64,000 nt of DNA from Thermoplasmata archaeon (lineage in GTDB: Archaea > Thermoplasmatota > Thermoplasmata > Thermoplasmatales > ARK-15), in NCBI GenBank assembly GCA_039794005.1, contig JBAMMA010000017.1, positions 114,490 through 178,489 on the forward strand, written 5' to 3'. Both the position numbers and the translations under genes were made by a program. The notes beneath the pieces were generated by a model. The model was not told the DNA's origin and made no database searches. It was given only the letters and a program-made list of their open reading frames with translations. Every line of letters begins with the position of its first letter. The first letter of the stretch is position 1. This document shows, in pieces, positions 30,661-39,838 of this stretch.

Positions 30661-31209
30661 TTATTTTGCTACAAAGATCCTATATTTAATATTTCTGTCT
30701 TTTAACTCCTCTATTATCCTATTCACTATAAGTTTCTCAGGTGGATGTGGAAGCTTAACCCTGCTCTGTAGGTCTTGAAAACTCTTAAATTCACCCTTTT
30801 TCCTTTCTTCTATTATTGCCCACATGGTCTTTTTACCTAGGCCTGGTAACAATTCGAGCATGTGAAACCTCGTTGTTATTGGAGATGCCTTGTTGAAAAA
30901 TTCTATGAATTTTTGTTCATGTTTTTTTACAATTTCCTCAAGAATATAAGGCAGTTCATTTTGTGCTGCAACGGTCAAATCATCGTAAGTTATTCTTCTC
31001 CTTACACTTTCAATCTTTACCCTCTTTTCAATATCTTTCCCAATGTAGATCCTTTCACCTATAGATATCATCACATTTATCTTTGGGATAAGTTCAAAAA
31101 GTTTGAATTCAGATTCACCAATTGCTAATACCAATGGAGTTCTCTTAAAAGATTTTTCTTCCAACCTACCTTGAGGTAAATAATCTAAAACGTATGCGTA
31201 TTCCTCCAT
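30661..31209 (-). CDS. DUF655 putative RNA-binding protein
   Basis: EEYAYVLDYLP, LELLPGLGKK; conserved rpl21e-rpoF-DUF655-rsmA order. Confidence 0.92.
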   Translation of the reverse strand: MEEYAYVLDYLPQGRLEEKSFKRTPLVLAIGESEFKLFELIPKINVMISIGERIYIGKDIEKRVKIESVRRRITYDDLTVAAQNELPYILEEIVKKHEQKFIEFFNKASPITTRFHMLELLPGLGKKTMWAIIEERKKGEFKSFQDLQSRVKLPHPPEKLIVNRIIEELKDRNIKYRIFVAK

Positions 31210-31215
31210 CCCCCT

Positions 31216-31530
31216 TCACTCCCCTCTGAGTATTTCCAAAATCTTGTTTATCTGTTCTTCAGTTAAATCTTTCTTTTCTCTATAAAAAATACTTCTTACT
31301 TGCTCTGAATTTATTGGCATTATATCAACTAATTTAACGGCCATTTTTTCATTTACAAAATCAAGCTTAGTCAACCTTTTTACCAGTTCTTTTGCTTCCT
31401 CGGGCTTTGTTTTACTCAATGTTTTAACATAATTTAAAACGTCTTTTTGAAATTCGTTAATCTCCCTTTCCTTTGCAATATTTTCTAAAATTTCTTTTGT
31501 TTCCGCTATTGTTAAATATTTTCTTTCCAT
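31216..31530 (-). CDS. rpoF: RNA polymerase subunit F (Rpo4)
   Basis: YLTIAETKEIL, KLVDIMP; operon position. Confidence 0.9.
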   Translation of the reverse strand: MERKYLTIAETKEILENIAKEREINEFQKDVLNYVKTLSKTKPEEAKELVKRLTKLDFVNEKMAVKLVDIMPINSEQVRSIFYREKKDLTEEQINKILEILRGE

Positions 31531-31533
31531 GCC

Positions 31534-31824
31534 TCACACCTTCTTCAAATGTACAGGCATGGCTATTATCTTTTTCTTAACCCTATTTATATTTAATTCA
31601 ACAATATATGCATCACCCTGCTTACCAGCAACAACGCCTACAAGACCCTGGAACCTATGGTGAGGCATTCCACTATGTATAGATGGCTCAATATCTATCG
31701 CCACCTTGTCACCTATTTCAAATTGCCTTAACATCCTTGTTATAGGTACAATCCCCTTTTCTCTAACGGATTTCATTAATTTCCTACCAGATCTAGACCT
31801 TGGTCCTCTCGACATTTCTGCCAT
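31534..31824 (-). CDS. rpl21e: 50S ribosomal protein L21e
   Basis: SRGPRSRS, GDKVAIDI, GMPHHRFQG, PVHLK. Confidence 0.96.
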   Translation of the reverse strand: MAEMSRGPRSRSGRKLMKSVREKGIVPITRMLRQFEIGDKVAIDIEPSIHSGMPHHRFQGLVGVVAGKQGDAYIVELNINRVKKKIIAMPVHLKKV

Positions 31825-31826
31825 TT

Positions 31827-32993
31827 TTATCGTTCCTCCGGTTCCAGTATTTTAACTACATCAAGTCTTATTATTTTTATTTTTTGGTCAAGTATCGATG
31901 ATATAGATGGATTCGTTCTACCATTATCTCCATGCACAAATTCTTTTACATATGTTCCCGGATCTGTCTCTATCTCTAATATAATTTTTTTATCCTCAAC
32001 ATTTTTAATTTCTATCCTTCTTATACGTTTTTTTCTATGCATGTCTGACCTGCTTTTTATGACCCTTAAAGGGGTTCTCTGATCTATTATTACATTTTCA
32101 AGAGATTTCAATTTTTTTACTATTTCTTCATTTGGTATTTCTTTTTCAAGCTCAATTTCCAGTTCATATACCTTCGGGTATTCTTTCGATTTTATTTCTT
32201 CAACTTCTTTAGAGCTTGAATATCTTAGGTCAAATATTTCAATTATACCTTTATTTTTTTCATTCACTTCTTTTTCAATTTCCCTTAAATCATAATTCCT
32301 TATTTTTGGATTTGTTATTTCCAATATAAATGGCCTTCCATTTCCTAGCATTAATACATCAACATCCTCTCTTCCTGCACCATGCAAATAAAATTTGTTA
32401 CCTTTGAAATATTTAATTGCGATTTCTCCTATCCTTTCTTCCACAGATTTATCACCTTTATTGTGTATCCATCTTGTTTGTGGGATATTTCTCGAATATT
32501 TTCTATATCTACCATAAATGTATATCGACTTTGCTTTTATTTCAACTGAATAATAATCAACATCTATGATGGCCGATAATTCTGGATCTTTTAAATCTAC
32601 ATTTTTGTTCATCCTATTACTGATTATTTTACCAATTTCTCTAGAAAGCTCATTCTTTATGCTTTCACCCATGTTTCCATATTTTTCATGTATCTTTTTT
32701 TCCTTTTCCAATACATTGTCATCTATTCTTATTCCAACTAGAAAGGTATTGAATTCATAATTCTTCATTTCATCAATAACTATTTCTGCATATTTTTCTA
32801 AATCATTAAAAATATTGTTGCATATGTAACATTTTTCTATTTTTAATTCACCTATATTTAAATTATTTTCCATGGAATATAAAATCCTTATGGCCCTTCC
32901 TCTCTCCTTATTTGTAAGACCATGCCCCATCATGGCATAAATCCTTCCTAAACATGAATCACATAATTCATTGATCTCTTCAGGGTATTGCAT
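31827..32993 (-). CDS. pus10: tRNA pseudouridine(54/55) synthase
   Basis: LCDSCLGR, GRYRKYSRNIPQTRW, HGAGREDVDV, GTYVKEFVHGD. Confidence 0.95.
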   Translation of the reverse strand: MQYPEEINELCDSCLGRIYAMMGHGLTNKERGRAIRILYSMENNLNIGELKIEKCYICNNIFNDLEKYAEIVIDEMKNYEFNTFLVGIRIDDNVLEKEKKIHEKYGNMGESIKNELSREIGKIISNRMNKNVDLKDPELSAIIDVDYYSVEIKAKSIYIYGRYRKYSRNIPQTRWIHNKGDKSVEERIGEIAIKYFKGNKFYLHGAGREDVDVLMLGNGRPFILEITNPKIRNYDLREIEKEVNEKNKGIIEIFDLRYSSSKEVEEIKSKEYPKVYELEIELEKEIPNEEIVKKLKSLENVIIDQRTPLRVIKSRSDMHRKKRIRRIEIKNVEDKKIILEIETDPGTYVKEFVHGDNGRTNPSISSILDQKIKIIRLDVVKILEPEER

Positions 32994-33668
32994 GATTTAT
33001 AGATGATGTAAAAATATTTAATTCTATTTTATGATTTTAAGTTAATCAATAAAAAATTTTTTTAATTTAAGAATTGAAAATATAAATAAAGGTTGAATTA
33101 GAGGATTTTTTAATACCAAAGAAAATGTTTTGTTGTATTGGATATATAAAAATCTCTTTAACAAGATATTTAAAAAAAGGAATTTATAGAAAAATTAAAA
33201 ACTTTGATTGAGCATTTTTCTAAAATACAAATATTTTTACAGAGATAAATCCCTTAAATGAAATGTATGAATCACATGCAAGAAATTTTTTATAAATATG
33301 TTTTTAACATTGAGAAATTTATGGAGAAATTAAGCCAATGGATTGTGATTTTTCAGTAAAAATACAGCACGTATATTCATTGGCAAAAATTTGATTATAT
33401 GATAATAAATGCTGTAATAACAACAATTGTATTTACATGTATTTTACAGAAATTGAAAGATGAGAAAGAAATTCATTTAATATCTATTTTTGCCTGAATT
33501 CCTGAAAATGCAGTTTTATCGAAAAACAAAGGGGAACATGAAAATTCTTTGATGAATATGGAAAATGATTGTTCTAATGAAATTAACAGATTTGATAAAG
33601 TATTGGAAATAATTTCTTAAAACATTCAAATAACATAATTTTGCCATTTGGTATAATTAGGGGTTAAG

Positions 33669-33676
33669 TTTAAATA
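33669..33676 (+). promoter_or_regulatory. Putative TATA box of the speD-pdaD operon
   Basis: TTTAAATA about 65 nt before the likely speD start; two SD-like motifs follow (33709, 33728). Confidence 0.4.
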
Positions 33677-33741
33677 TGATGGTATTATCAGGATTATCTG
33701 TTAAAATTGGAGGTGAAAATAATTTATGGAGGATGCTGAAG

Positions 33742-34119
33742 ATGGCCGTGGGAATACATATAATTGCGGATTTTTACGGCGTTGATGAAAATACGATAGC
33801 ATATGTTGAATCAATGAAGCCAATTTTTGAAGAATCTGTTAAGTATGCTAAGCTAACTAAGATTTCTTCAGATTATTATCAATTTAGGCCAAGGGGATGT
33901 AGTGGTATTATACTTTTGGCGGAATCCCATATTAGTTTTCATACTTGGCCTGAGCATGGTTTGATTACACTCGATATTTATACTTGTGGCGATCCAAATC
34001 AGGCTTTTATAGCTCTTGACTATTTTCAAAAGACGTTCAAGCCAACAAAGATTTCACAAATAGTGATTGAAAGGGGAACAGAAGTAATAGATGAAAAAAG
34101 TGTGGAGATAAAGATCTGA
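33742..34119 (+). CDS. speD: S-adenosylmethionine decarboxylase proenzyme
   Basis: [32 protein letters not shown] 33742 lies 9 nt after GGAGG; the track start 33676 falls in the TATA-like box. Confidence 0.88.
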   Translation: MAVGIHIIADFYGVDENTIAYVESMKPIFEESVKYAKLTKISSDYYQFRPRGCSGIILLAESHISFHTWPEHGLITLDIYTCGDPNQAFIALDYFQKTFKPTKISQIVIERGTEVIDEKSVEIKI

Positions 34120-34120
34120 A

Positions 34121-34666
34121 ATGTTAACGATAATACCAAACAAGGTTTTTTTTACAAAAGGCGTTGGAAGGCATACCAGCGAACTTGGATCTTTTGAAAG
34201 GGCCTTAAGGGATGCAGGTATTGCCCAATTTAACTTGGTTGAAGTTTCCTCAATTTTTCCACCAAATGCAGAGATAGTTTCTAAAGAGGAGGGATTAAAA
34301 TATTTAAAACCTGGCCAGATACTTTACGTTGTATTGGCTAGGAATTCAAGCAATGAATTAAACAGGCTGATCTCAGCATCTGTTGGTTTGGCAATACCAA
34401 AGGATAGAAACATGTATGGATATTTAAGTGAACATCACAGTTTTGGGGAAACTGAGCAAACAGCAGGAAATTTTGCAGAGGAACTTGCTGCTGAAATGCT
34501 TGCATCAACGCTTGGAATAGATCATCACCTCGTATGGGACGAGGAAATAAATACTTGGAAACTTGATGATAGGATATTGTTAACTCAAAATATAACATCT
34601 ACAGCCGTAGTTGAAAAGCCTGGAGAATGGACTACGGTGATTGCTGCAGCAGTTCTGATTCCATAA
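34121..34666 (+). CDS. pdaD: Pyruvoyl-dependent arginine decarboxylase
   Basis: [23 protein letters not shown] (Ser-Ser cleavage site), GYLSEHH. Confidence 0.92.
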   Translation: MLTIIPNKVFFTKGVGRHTSELGSFERALRDAGIAQFNLVEVSSIFPPNAEIVSKEEGLKYLKPGQILYVVLARNSSNELNRLISASVGLAIPKDRNMYGYLSEHHSFGETEQTAGNFAEELAAEMLASTLGIDHHLVWDEEINTWKLDDRILLTQNITSTAVVEKPGEWTTVIAAAVLIP

Positions 34667-35549
34667 ATTTTTTAGCTAAATTGTGAGCGGGCCTGATTGG
34701 GTCTATGTGATTTAATATTTCTTTACCAATTTTATATGCTCTTCTTAAAGAAATGTGATTTCCTGGTGAAACATATCTATTTTTAATTTTAAAGCCAATA
34801 ATTTCTTTTTGATCATATATCATTTCATCGATCAATTTGCCAAATAGAAGTGATTTTGCAATACCTAATGTTGGTTTATCCCATAATATGCCCAGAAATG
34901 ATGCAAGTCCTATTCTACGTGGATGAAGAATCCCGTTTCCGTCCAATATTCCCAATCCTTCAGGTATATGATCTAATAAAAGAATTCCTTCTCTATATGA
35001 CAAATATGTTGGTATATATGGAAAATTGACAATTTTTTTTATGAGTGTATAATCTTCAATTTTGTAATTTTTAAATTTAACAATAGCAATATATGCATTT
35101 CTATCATTATATGATACATCGTATGAATAAATATAATCAAAATCCACATCCTTCAATTCAAGCTTTTTTAATAGTTCATTTTCGAATTCCCTTATCTTTT
35201 TTAATGGATAGTTTGTCCTGAATTCTCTGAATCTTATCTTATCAAATCCTACTATTCTGTTATTTTCTACCTTGATTCCTTCAGATTCTAATAGTTCAAT
35301 CTTTTTCTTTATACCATTTGGATGTGTGAAACCTCCGATTGTTCCATCGCTCTTTACTACCCTATGACAGGGTATAACAATTGGGTTCGGATTTTTTGAT
35401 AGCATTTCACCAACTGCCCTCGACGCTATTATGTCCCCTAATGCAGTTGCAAGGTCACCATATGTTGATACCATTCCTCTAGGTATTTGCTTCACCAATT
35501 CATAAAAATATGAATAAAGATCGATTTTTATTTCTGAAATATCCATCAT
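34632..35549 (-). CDS. O6-alkylguanine alkyltransferase - endonuclease V fusion (AGTendoV)
   Basis: N-terminal STYGDLA..SRAVG..IPCHRVV; C-terminal [42 protein letters not shown]. Confidence 0.92.
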   Translation of the reverse strand: MMDISEIKIDLYSYFYELVKQIPRGMVSTYGDLATALGDIIASRAVGEMLSKNPNPIVIPCHRVVKSDGTIGGFTHPNGIKKKIELLESEGIKVENNRIVGFDKIRFREFRTNYPLKKIREFENELLKKLELKDVDFDYIYSYDVSYNDRNAYIAIVKFKNYKIEDYTLIKKIVNFPYIPTYLSYREGILLLDHIPEGLGILDGNGILHPRRIGLASFLGILWDKPTLGIAKSLLFGKLIDEMIYDQKEIIGFKIKNRYVSPGNHISLRRAYKIGKEILNHIDPIRPAHNLAKKFMESELLQQSP

Positions 35550-35562
35550 AAAAATATGTTAT

Positions 35563-37113
35563 TCAGAATATTTCATTTTTTCCCATCAATTCTATTTCAT
35601 ATTGTGAGAGGGGGATTTTAATAGGGATTCTAATATGCTGAGATATCATGAATGCTTCACTTCCATCTTTTCCAGGGCCTTTTAAATTTTCTATATATTT
35701 TATTTCATTTTTATTTAAAGAATAAAAATTTTCCATATCTTCTGAAACTTCATTATGTCTAAATATAACATGAATTAGGGAATTGTGCATCATGGTTTTC
35801 CCTTTTTCATTTTTCAATAAATCATCCGATTTTTGCGTGATTAAATTTATGGATGTTTTATATCTCCTTACATGTCTGAACATCATGTCTAAAATATTCA
35901 ATAATTCCTCATCCTTCATTATTTTCCATGCCTCGTCTATTACTAAGAATTTTCTTGAATCATTTTTTAAAATTGGGATTATAGAATTTAATATTATTTT
36001 GATTGATATATAAAAATCCATTTCCTTGATTTTTGAAAAATCAAAAATTATTCCATTTTCCGGTATTTTATTATTACCAAATAAAAATTTCCCGTATTGG
36101 GTATCATAAAAATCGGATATATATGATTTCAAATTTTTTCCTATACTATCTTTAGAATTTATTGACTTTAAAATCTTTTGAGCATTACAGTTTACACAAC
36201 TTTTTATACTTTTTGAAAAATATATCTTTTCTCTTTCACTTAAATGGAAAATGGATGAAAATAATGACGATATTCTTTCAACATATTCATCCAGTGATTC
36301 ACTTTCAAACCTTGTAAATACATCTGGAATATCATCATCGTTTAAATTTGAATATTTAATATCCAAGAATTTTGATAAATTTTTATATTCTCCCAATGGA
36401 TCGATTATAAAATATTTCGTGTTTTTGTAGGATAATTTTTCCCTCATCATTACCATTTTTACGAAATGGGATTTACCATAACCTGTAGAACCTGTTATTA
36501 TGCCATGAGAAGCTGGAAATTCCCATCTGTTAAAGATTATTGGCATATTGTTATAATAATGAAAGCCGATTAAAATGCCATTTTCCATTATTATTCCATT
36601 TCCAGGAAATGGAAATAGGTATGATATTCCATGTGTATGTAATTTTCTACCTTCACTGTTATCTGGAGGCATTATGAATTTTTTGTGCTTGTTAAAAATA
36701 TCGAATTTGTATCTTTTTATTTTAAATTTTTTGGATTTGTATTTGTTTATTATATTATGATATTCTTTACCTTTGATATAAATTATAAAATTTACATCGT
36801 ATAAATGGCCCTTTCCGGATATTATATACTCCAATAACGATTTGGCAGAAACTAATTTATTTTTGTTCTTTATAATGCTGGAAAAATTTTTACTATTTAT
36901 TGCAGGAAAAATTCTCTGCGATTCAGACTCTAAAATTTTTATTGAAAAATTGTCGCTTATGCTCTTAATATCAATTCTCATCGAATGTGGTTCCTCTGTC
37001 AGTATTTCAGATAATTCCGAAAATTTTATCCTTGCTGGAAGGTCCAATTCAAAATAACTTATATTGTTTTTACCTTTTTCTATTCTATCCTTTAATATTT
37101 TCATTTTTATCAC
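35563..37113 (-). CDS. VirB4/TraE-like secretion ATPase
   Basis: Walker A GSTGYGKS, IIDPLGEY, Walker B LVIDEAW, VRRYK, ITQ; preceded by GILIG..PIIFNRW. Confidence 0.85.
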   Translation of the reverse strand: MIKMKILKDRIEKGKNNISYFELDLPARIKFSELSEILTEEPHSMRIDIKSISDNFSIKILESESQRIFPAINSKNFSSIIKNKNKLVSAKSLLEYIISGKGHLYDVNFIIYIKGKEYHNIINKYKSKKFKIKRYKFDIFNKHKKFIMPPDNSEGRKLHTHGISYLFPFPGNGIIMENGILIGFHYYNNMPIIFNRWEFPASHGIITGSTGYGKSHFVKMVMMREKLSYKNTKYFIIDPLGEYKNLSKFLDIKYSNLNDDDIPDVFTRFESESLDEYVERISSLFSSIFHLSEREKIYFSKSIKSCVNCNAQKILKSINSKDSIGKNLKSYISDFYDTQYGKFLFGNNKIPENGIIFDFSKIKEMDFYISIKIILNSIIPILKNDSRKFLVIDEAWKIMKDEELLNILDMMFRHVRRYKTSINLITQKSDDLLKNEKGKTMMHNSLIHVIFRHNEVSEDMENFYSLNKNEIKYIENLKGPGKDGSEAFMISQHIRIPIKIPLSQYEIELMGKNEIF

Positions 37114-37378
37114 CCAAGATTACAATCAAAATATATGTTAGAGAGACAAAAATGAATACATAATTTATAAAAAAGAAAAGAAAAGTTATGAATATTAAGA
37201 AAGAAACTATTGAATATAAAAATTGATTTTTTAAAATGAAATATAAAAAGATTAAAGATGCATTCATTAATATTATTCCAAATATGTTTTTCGATATATA
37301 GGAATATAAAATCGAAATTGAAAGGGACAATAGTAAAAAATCTCTATAAAATTTCAACATAATGACCAAAGCCTCCAT
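37085..37378 (-). CDS. Small multi-TM membrane protein of the T4SS-like operon
   Basis: 97 aa, nearly all hydrophobic; overlaps both neighbours. Confidence 0.65.
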   Translation of the reverse strand: MEALVIMLKFYRDFLLLSLSISILYSYISKNIFGIILMNASLIFLYFILKNQFLYSIVSFLIFITFLFFFINYVFIFVSLTYILIVILGDKNENIKG

Positions 37379-38061
37379 ATAGAATATGAAAATTCATCAA
37401 CTTTCATTTTATTAAAATTAAATTCGAATGATGATATATTTGAAATAATTTTTTCAAGAGATTCCAATTCTTCAACGTTTCCGTTTTTTGATGAAAAAAC
37501 AATGAATGTTTTTAAAAATACCCTCTTTTCAAAATTATTATTAATTAAAATTTTAATTTCATTAGAATATTCATTTTCAATTTCGAATCTAATGTCTGGA
37601 ATTTCATCGTATAAATTAAAAATAGTTATGTCAAAGTTCGTTAAATTTAAAATCTCTATGAATTTTTCCTTTAATTCTTCCTTCTTTTCATCATCTAAAA
37701 ATTCACTGCCTACATATTTTACTGAATATGAAACAGATAATTTATCATTCCATTTAAATATAAATTCATTTACTTTTCTTATAGATGCATATTTTTCAAT
37801 CTCAAATTCTTTAACGTTTTTTCTTGATAAAATATAATAAAAATTTTTGTATAATGTAACATCAATATATTCTCCTCTCACCTTTATTAATGGTATTAAT
37901 ATTAAAATAATTATAATTATCAGAATTACAAATTCTTTTGTCAAATAAAAAAGCAAAATAAATGGAGTTGATAGAATTATTGAATTTTTAATTTTGGATA
38001 TTGGAAAATTCATTATAAAAATATCGTTCATTATATTTTCTGGAATATCTATCTCCTTCAT
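37354..38061 (-). CDS. PrgI/VirB3-like membrane protein with cytoplasmic C-terminal domain
   Basis: MKEIDIPENIMNDI N-terminus, two TMs, soluble tail. ATG 38061 sits next to the upstream stop (track start 38085). Confidence 0.55.
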   Translation of the reverse strand: MKEIDIPENIMNDIFIMNFPISKIKNSIILSTPFILLFYLTKEFVILIIIIILILIPLIKVRGEYIDVTLYKNFYYILSRKNVKEFEIEKYASIRKVNEFIFKWNDKLSVSYSVKYVGSEFLDDEKKEELKEKFIEILNLTNFDITIFNLYDEIPDIRFEIENEYSNEIKILINNNFEKRVFLKTFIVFSSKNGNVEELESLEKIISNISSFEFNFNKMKVDEFSYSIWRLWSLC

Positions 38062-38062
38062 T

Positions 38063-39067
38063 TTAGAATAACACCAGCGAACCAATCATTTCAATTCCAT
38101 TTGAAATAATATCCTTGGCTTTTAAAAGTATACCAAACCTTGGAAATAGAGAATATCCCGTGGGATAACCCATCCTGGACATTGAAAATGTAACTACATA
38201 TGGTATAAGCATTGATACCAATAGTATCGCTATCCAAAACAATGGATCTTGAATTATTCCCATCAGCATAATCAAAGGGGCCATAAATATTATTTCTATA
38301 CTTCTATCTATGAACGTAAGCCACATTCTTTTTCCTATTTCATATGTTCCATTGAATGTTAAAAATATTGAGAACAGAGGGAGAAACATAATGAAAAAAT
38401 ATATCCACACAATTCTCATAACTAGTACAATTGTGAATGCTAGCACTACTGTAAATAACGTTAATAATATCAATAATTCCAAAAGATTGTTTTCGGTATA
38501 TGCAAAATATATATAGTTATTTAAAAAATAGTTGAAAGGCCATAATTCTAGATCTGATATTCCTTGGTATGGATTTGGTGTTCCTGACCAATTTATCTGC
38601 ATTCCTGAATAAAAATAAATATATATTGCTCTCAACAATGAAAATAAAAGATCTGATATTATTAAAGAAAAATAGGCCAAAATGATTCCTAAGACTATAT
38701 TAAATAAATAGTCGTTCCTTTCATGAAAAATAAATTGCTTTTTCCAAAGATAATAGAATCCTGAAAATATTATGAATATAGAAATTGAAGGAGACACTAT
38801 ATAATTTAATATTAAATAATTGATGTTTACTGCAAAGTCCATACCTATCTGAGAAAATATTGGATAAATCGATGATTCATTTTTATAATACAATGGATTT
38901 AATGGAGGTATTTGACCATTTATCAATATTTGTGGAAATGCAAAATTTGGATTAAGCAATGGAAATGTAAAAGAAGCCCATATTATTGCCAATCCAAAAA
39001 TTAATGCAGAATTTATTGTTGATAAAAAATCGAATAAAATTAAATTTATTGCTGTTGATAATGCCAT
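38063..39067 (-). CDS. VirB6/TrbL/CedA-like polytopic membrane protein
   Basis: Multiple TMs with a central loop; MRIVWIYFFIMFLPLF...TYEIGKRMW pattern; position between pilin-like and VirB4-like genes. Confidence 0.6.
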   Translation of the reverse strand: MALSTAINLILFDFLSTINSALIFGLAIIWASFTFPLLNPNFAFPQILINGQIPPLNPLYYKNESSIYPIFSQIGMDFAVNINYLILNYIVSPSISIFIIFSGFYYLWKKQFIFHERNDYLFNIVLGIILAYFSLIISDLLFSLLRAIYIYFYSGMQINWSGTPNPYQGISDLELWPFNYFLNNYIYFAYTENNLLELLILLTLFTVVLAFTIVLVMRIVWIYFFIMFLPLFSIFLTFNGTYEIGKRMWLTFIDRSIEIIFMAPLIMLMGIIQDPLFWIAILLVSMLIPYVVTFSMSRMGYPTGYSLFPRFGILLKAKDIISNGIEMIGSLVLF

Positions 39068-39070
39068 AAT

Positions 39071-39412
39071 TCATCCTGTTGCAATGAAACTTATTATATT
39101 GACTATGGTTGAGGCACCTAGAACTATGAATGATGCAAGCAACATTATAGGCAAATCATGTTTAAATTTCATTATACCCTCTCTATCATCTTTGTGGAAG
39201 AATAAAAATAATCCTTCATATATCCAGAATATAGCAAGTATGGATCCAGCAATTGTGTTAACGACTATGGTTAATCTCGATATAACTTCTTTTAATTGCT
39301 GTGTGGCATTTTCTTGAATATTTATAGTATAATGGCTGCCTTCATTGAACACATATTGGTTATTCCCTATTGTGGATAATATAAATAAGGCTATTATTAA
39401 ATAATGAATCAT
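39071..39412 (-). CDS. VirB2/TrbC/CedA1-like pilin precursor
   Basis: 113 aa: leader, then two hydrophobic helices separated by a short charged loop (HKDDREGIMKFK); first gene of the operon. Confidence 0.6.
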   Translation of the reverse strand: MIHYLIIALFILSTIGNNQYVFNEGSHYTINIQENATQQLKEVISRLTIVVNTIAGSILAIFWIYEGLFLFFHKDDREGIMKFKHDLPIMLLASFIVLGASTIVNIISFIATG

Positions 39413-39595
39413 GATTTTTAGATTAATTTTATTTATATAAAACTTTCTTTATAAATTTTATAATTTTTATGATTTTTATAAATTTTATATTTCACGTTTG
39501 AAAAATTTTCAGAAAAATATTAATTCTTGTATTTATTTTTCATGATTTTTTCCATTTTTCTAAAAATTTAAATATTATTTTTTATAAGGTATATT

Positions 39596-39838
39596 ATGGT
39601 TGAATCGCGAGCGTCAATAGGGGTAAAGCATTCAACTAAGGAATTATTGACATATGTATCTGCACAGGTCCAGAGCGAGGTTGAGAGGGGAGATATAACA
39701 TGGGACGAATTTCTGATTTATTTAGCAATAAAATATTTGGACAATAAAGGAATATCATTTAATGAAATATTAAAGAAATTAAATATTGATGTTGAAGAAT
39801 TTGAAAGGGTAAGCAAAAGAGTTCAAGTGATGAAATGA
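39596..39838 (+). CDS. Small putative ribbon-helix-helix DNA-binding protein
   Basis: ASIGVKHSTKELL...ITWDEFLIYL beta-alpha-alpha pattern; divergent from the T4SS-like operon. Confidence 0.5.
   Translation: MVESRASIGVKHSTKELLTYVSAQVQSEVERGDITWDEFLIYLAIKYLDNKGISFNEILKKLNIDVEEFERVSKRVQVMK

Noticed and set aside
33676-33741. N-terminal extension of SpeD from the track start
   Set aside because: That ATG lies in a TATA-like box and the extension has no SpeD-like character; ATG 33742 has a properly spaced SD.
9710-34666. Functional link between tiaS and pdaD (agmatine supply)
   Set aside because: Biochemically consistent and already established, and the genes are about 23 kb apart, so there is no new inference.
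35563-39412. Interpretation as an intact conjugative element or provirus
   Set aside because: No integrase, relaxase, coupling protein, replication or virion genes and no flanking direct repeats seen; both sides are chromosomal genes.
39410-39550. Three copies of (C/T)ATGATTTTT in the divergent promoter as RHH operators
   Set aside because: Low-complexity motif in very AT-rich DNA; similar strings occur elsewhere in the window and spacing is irregular.
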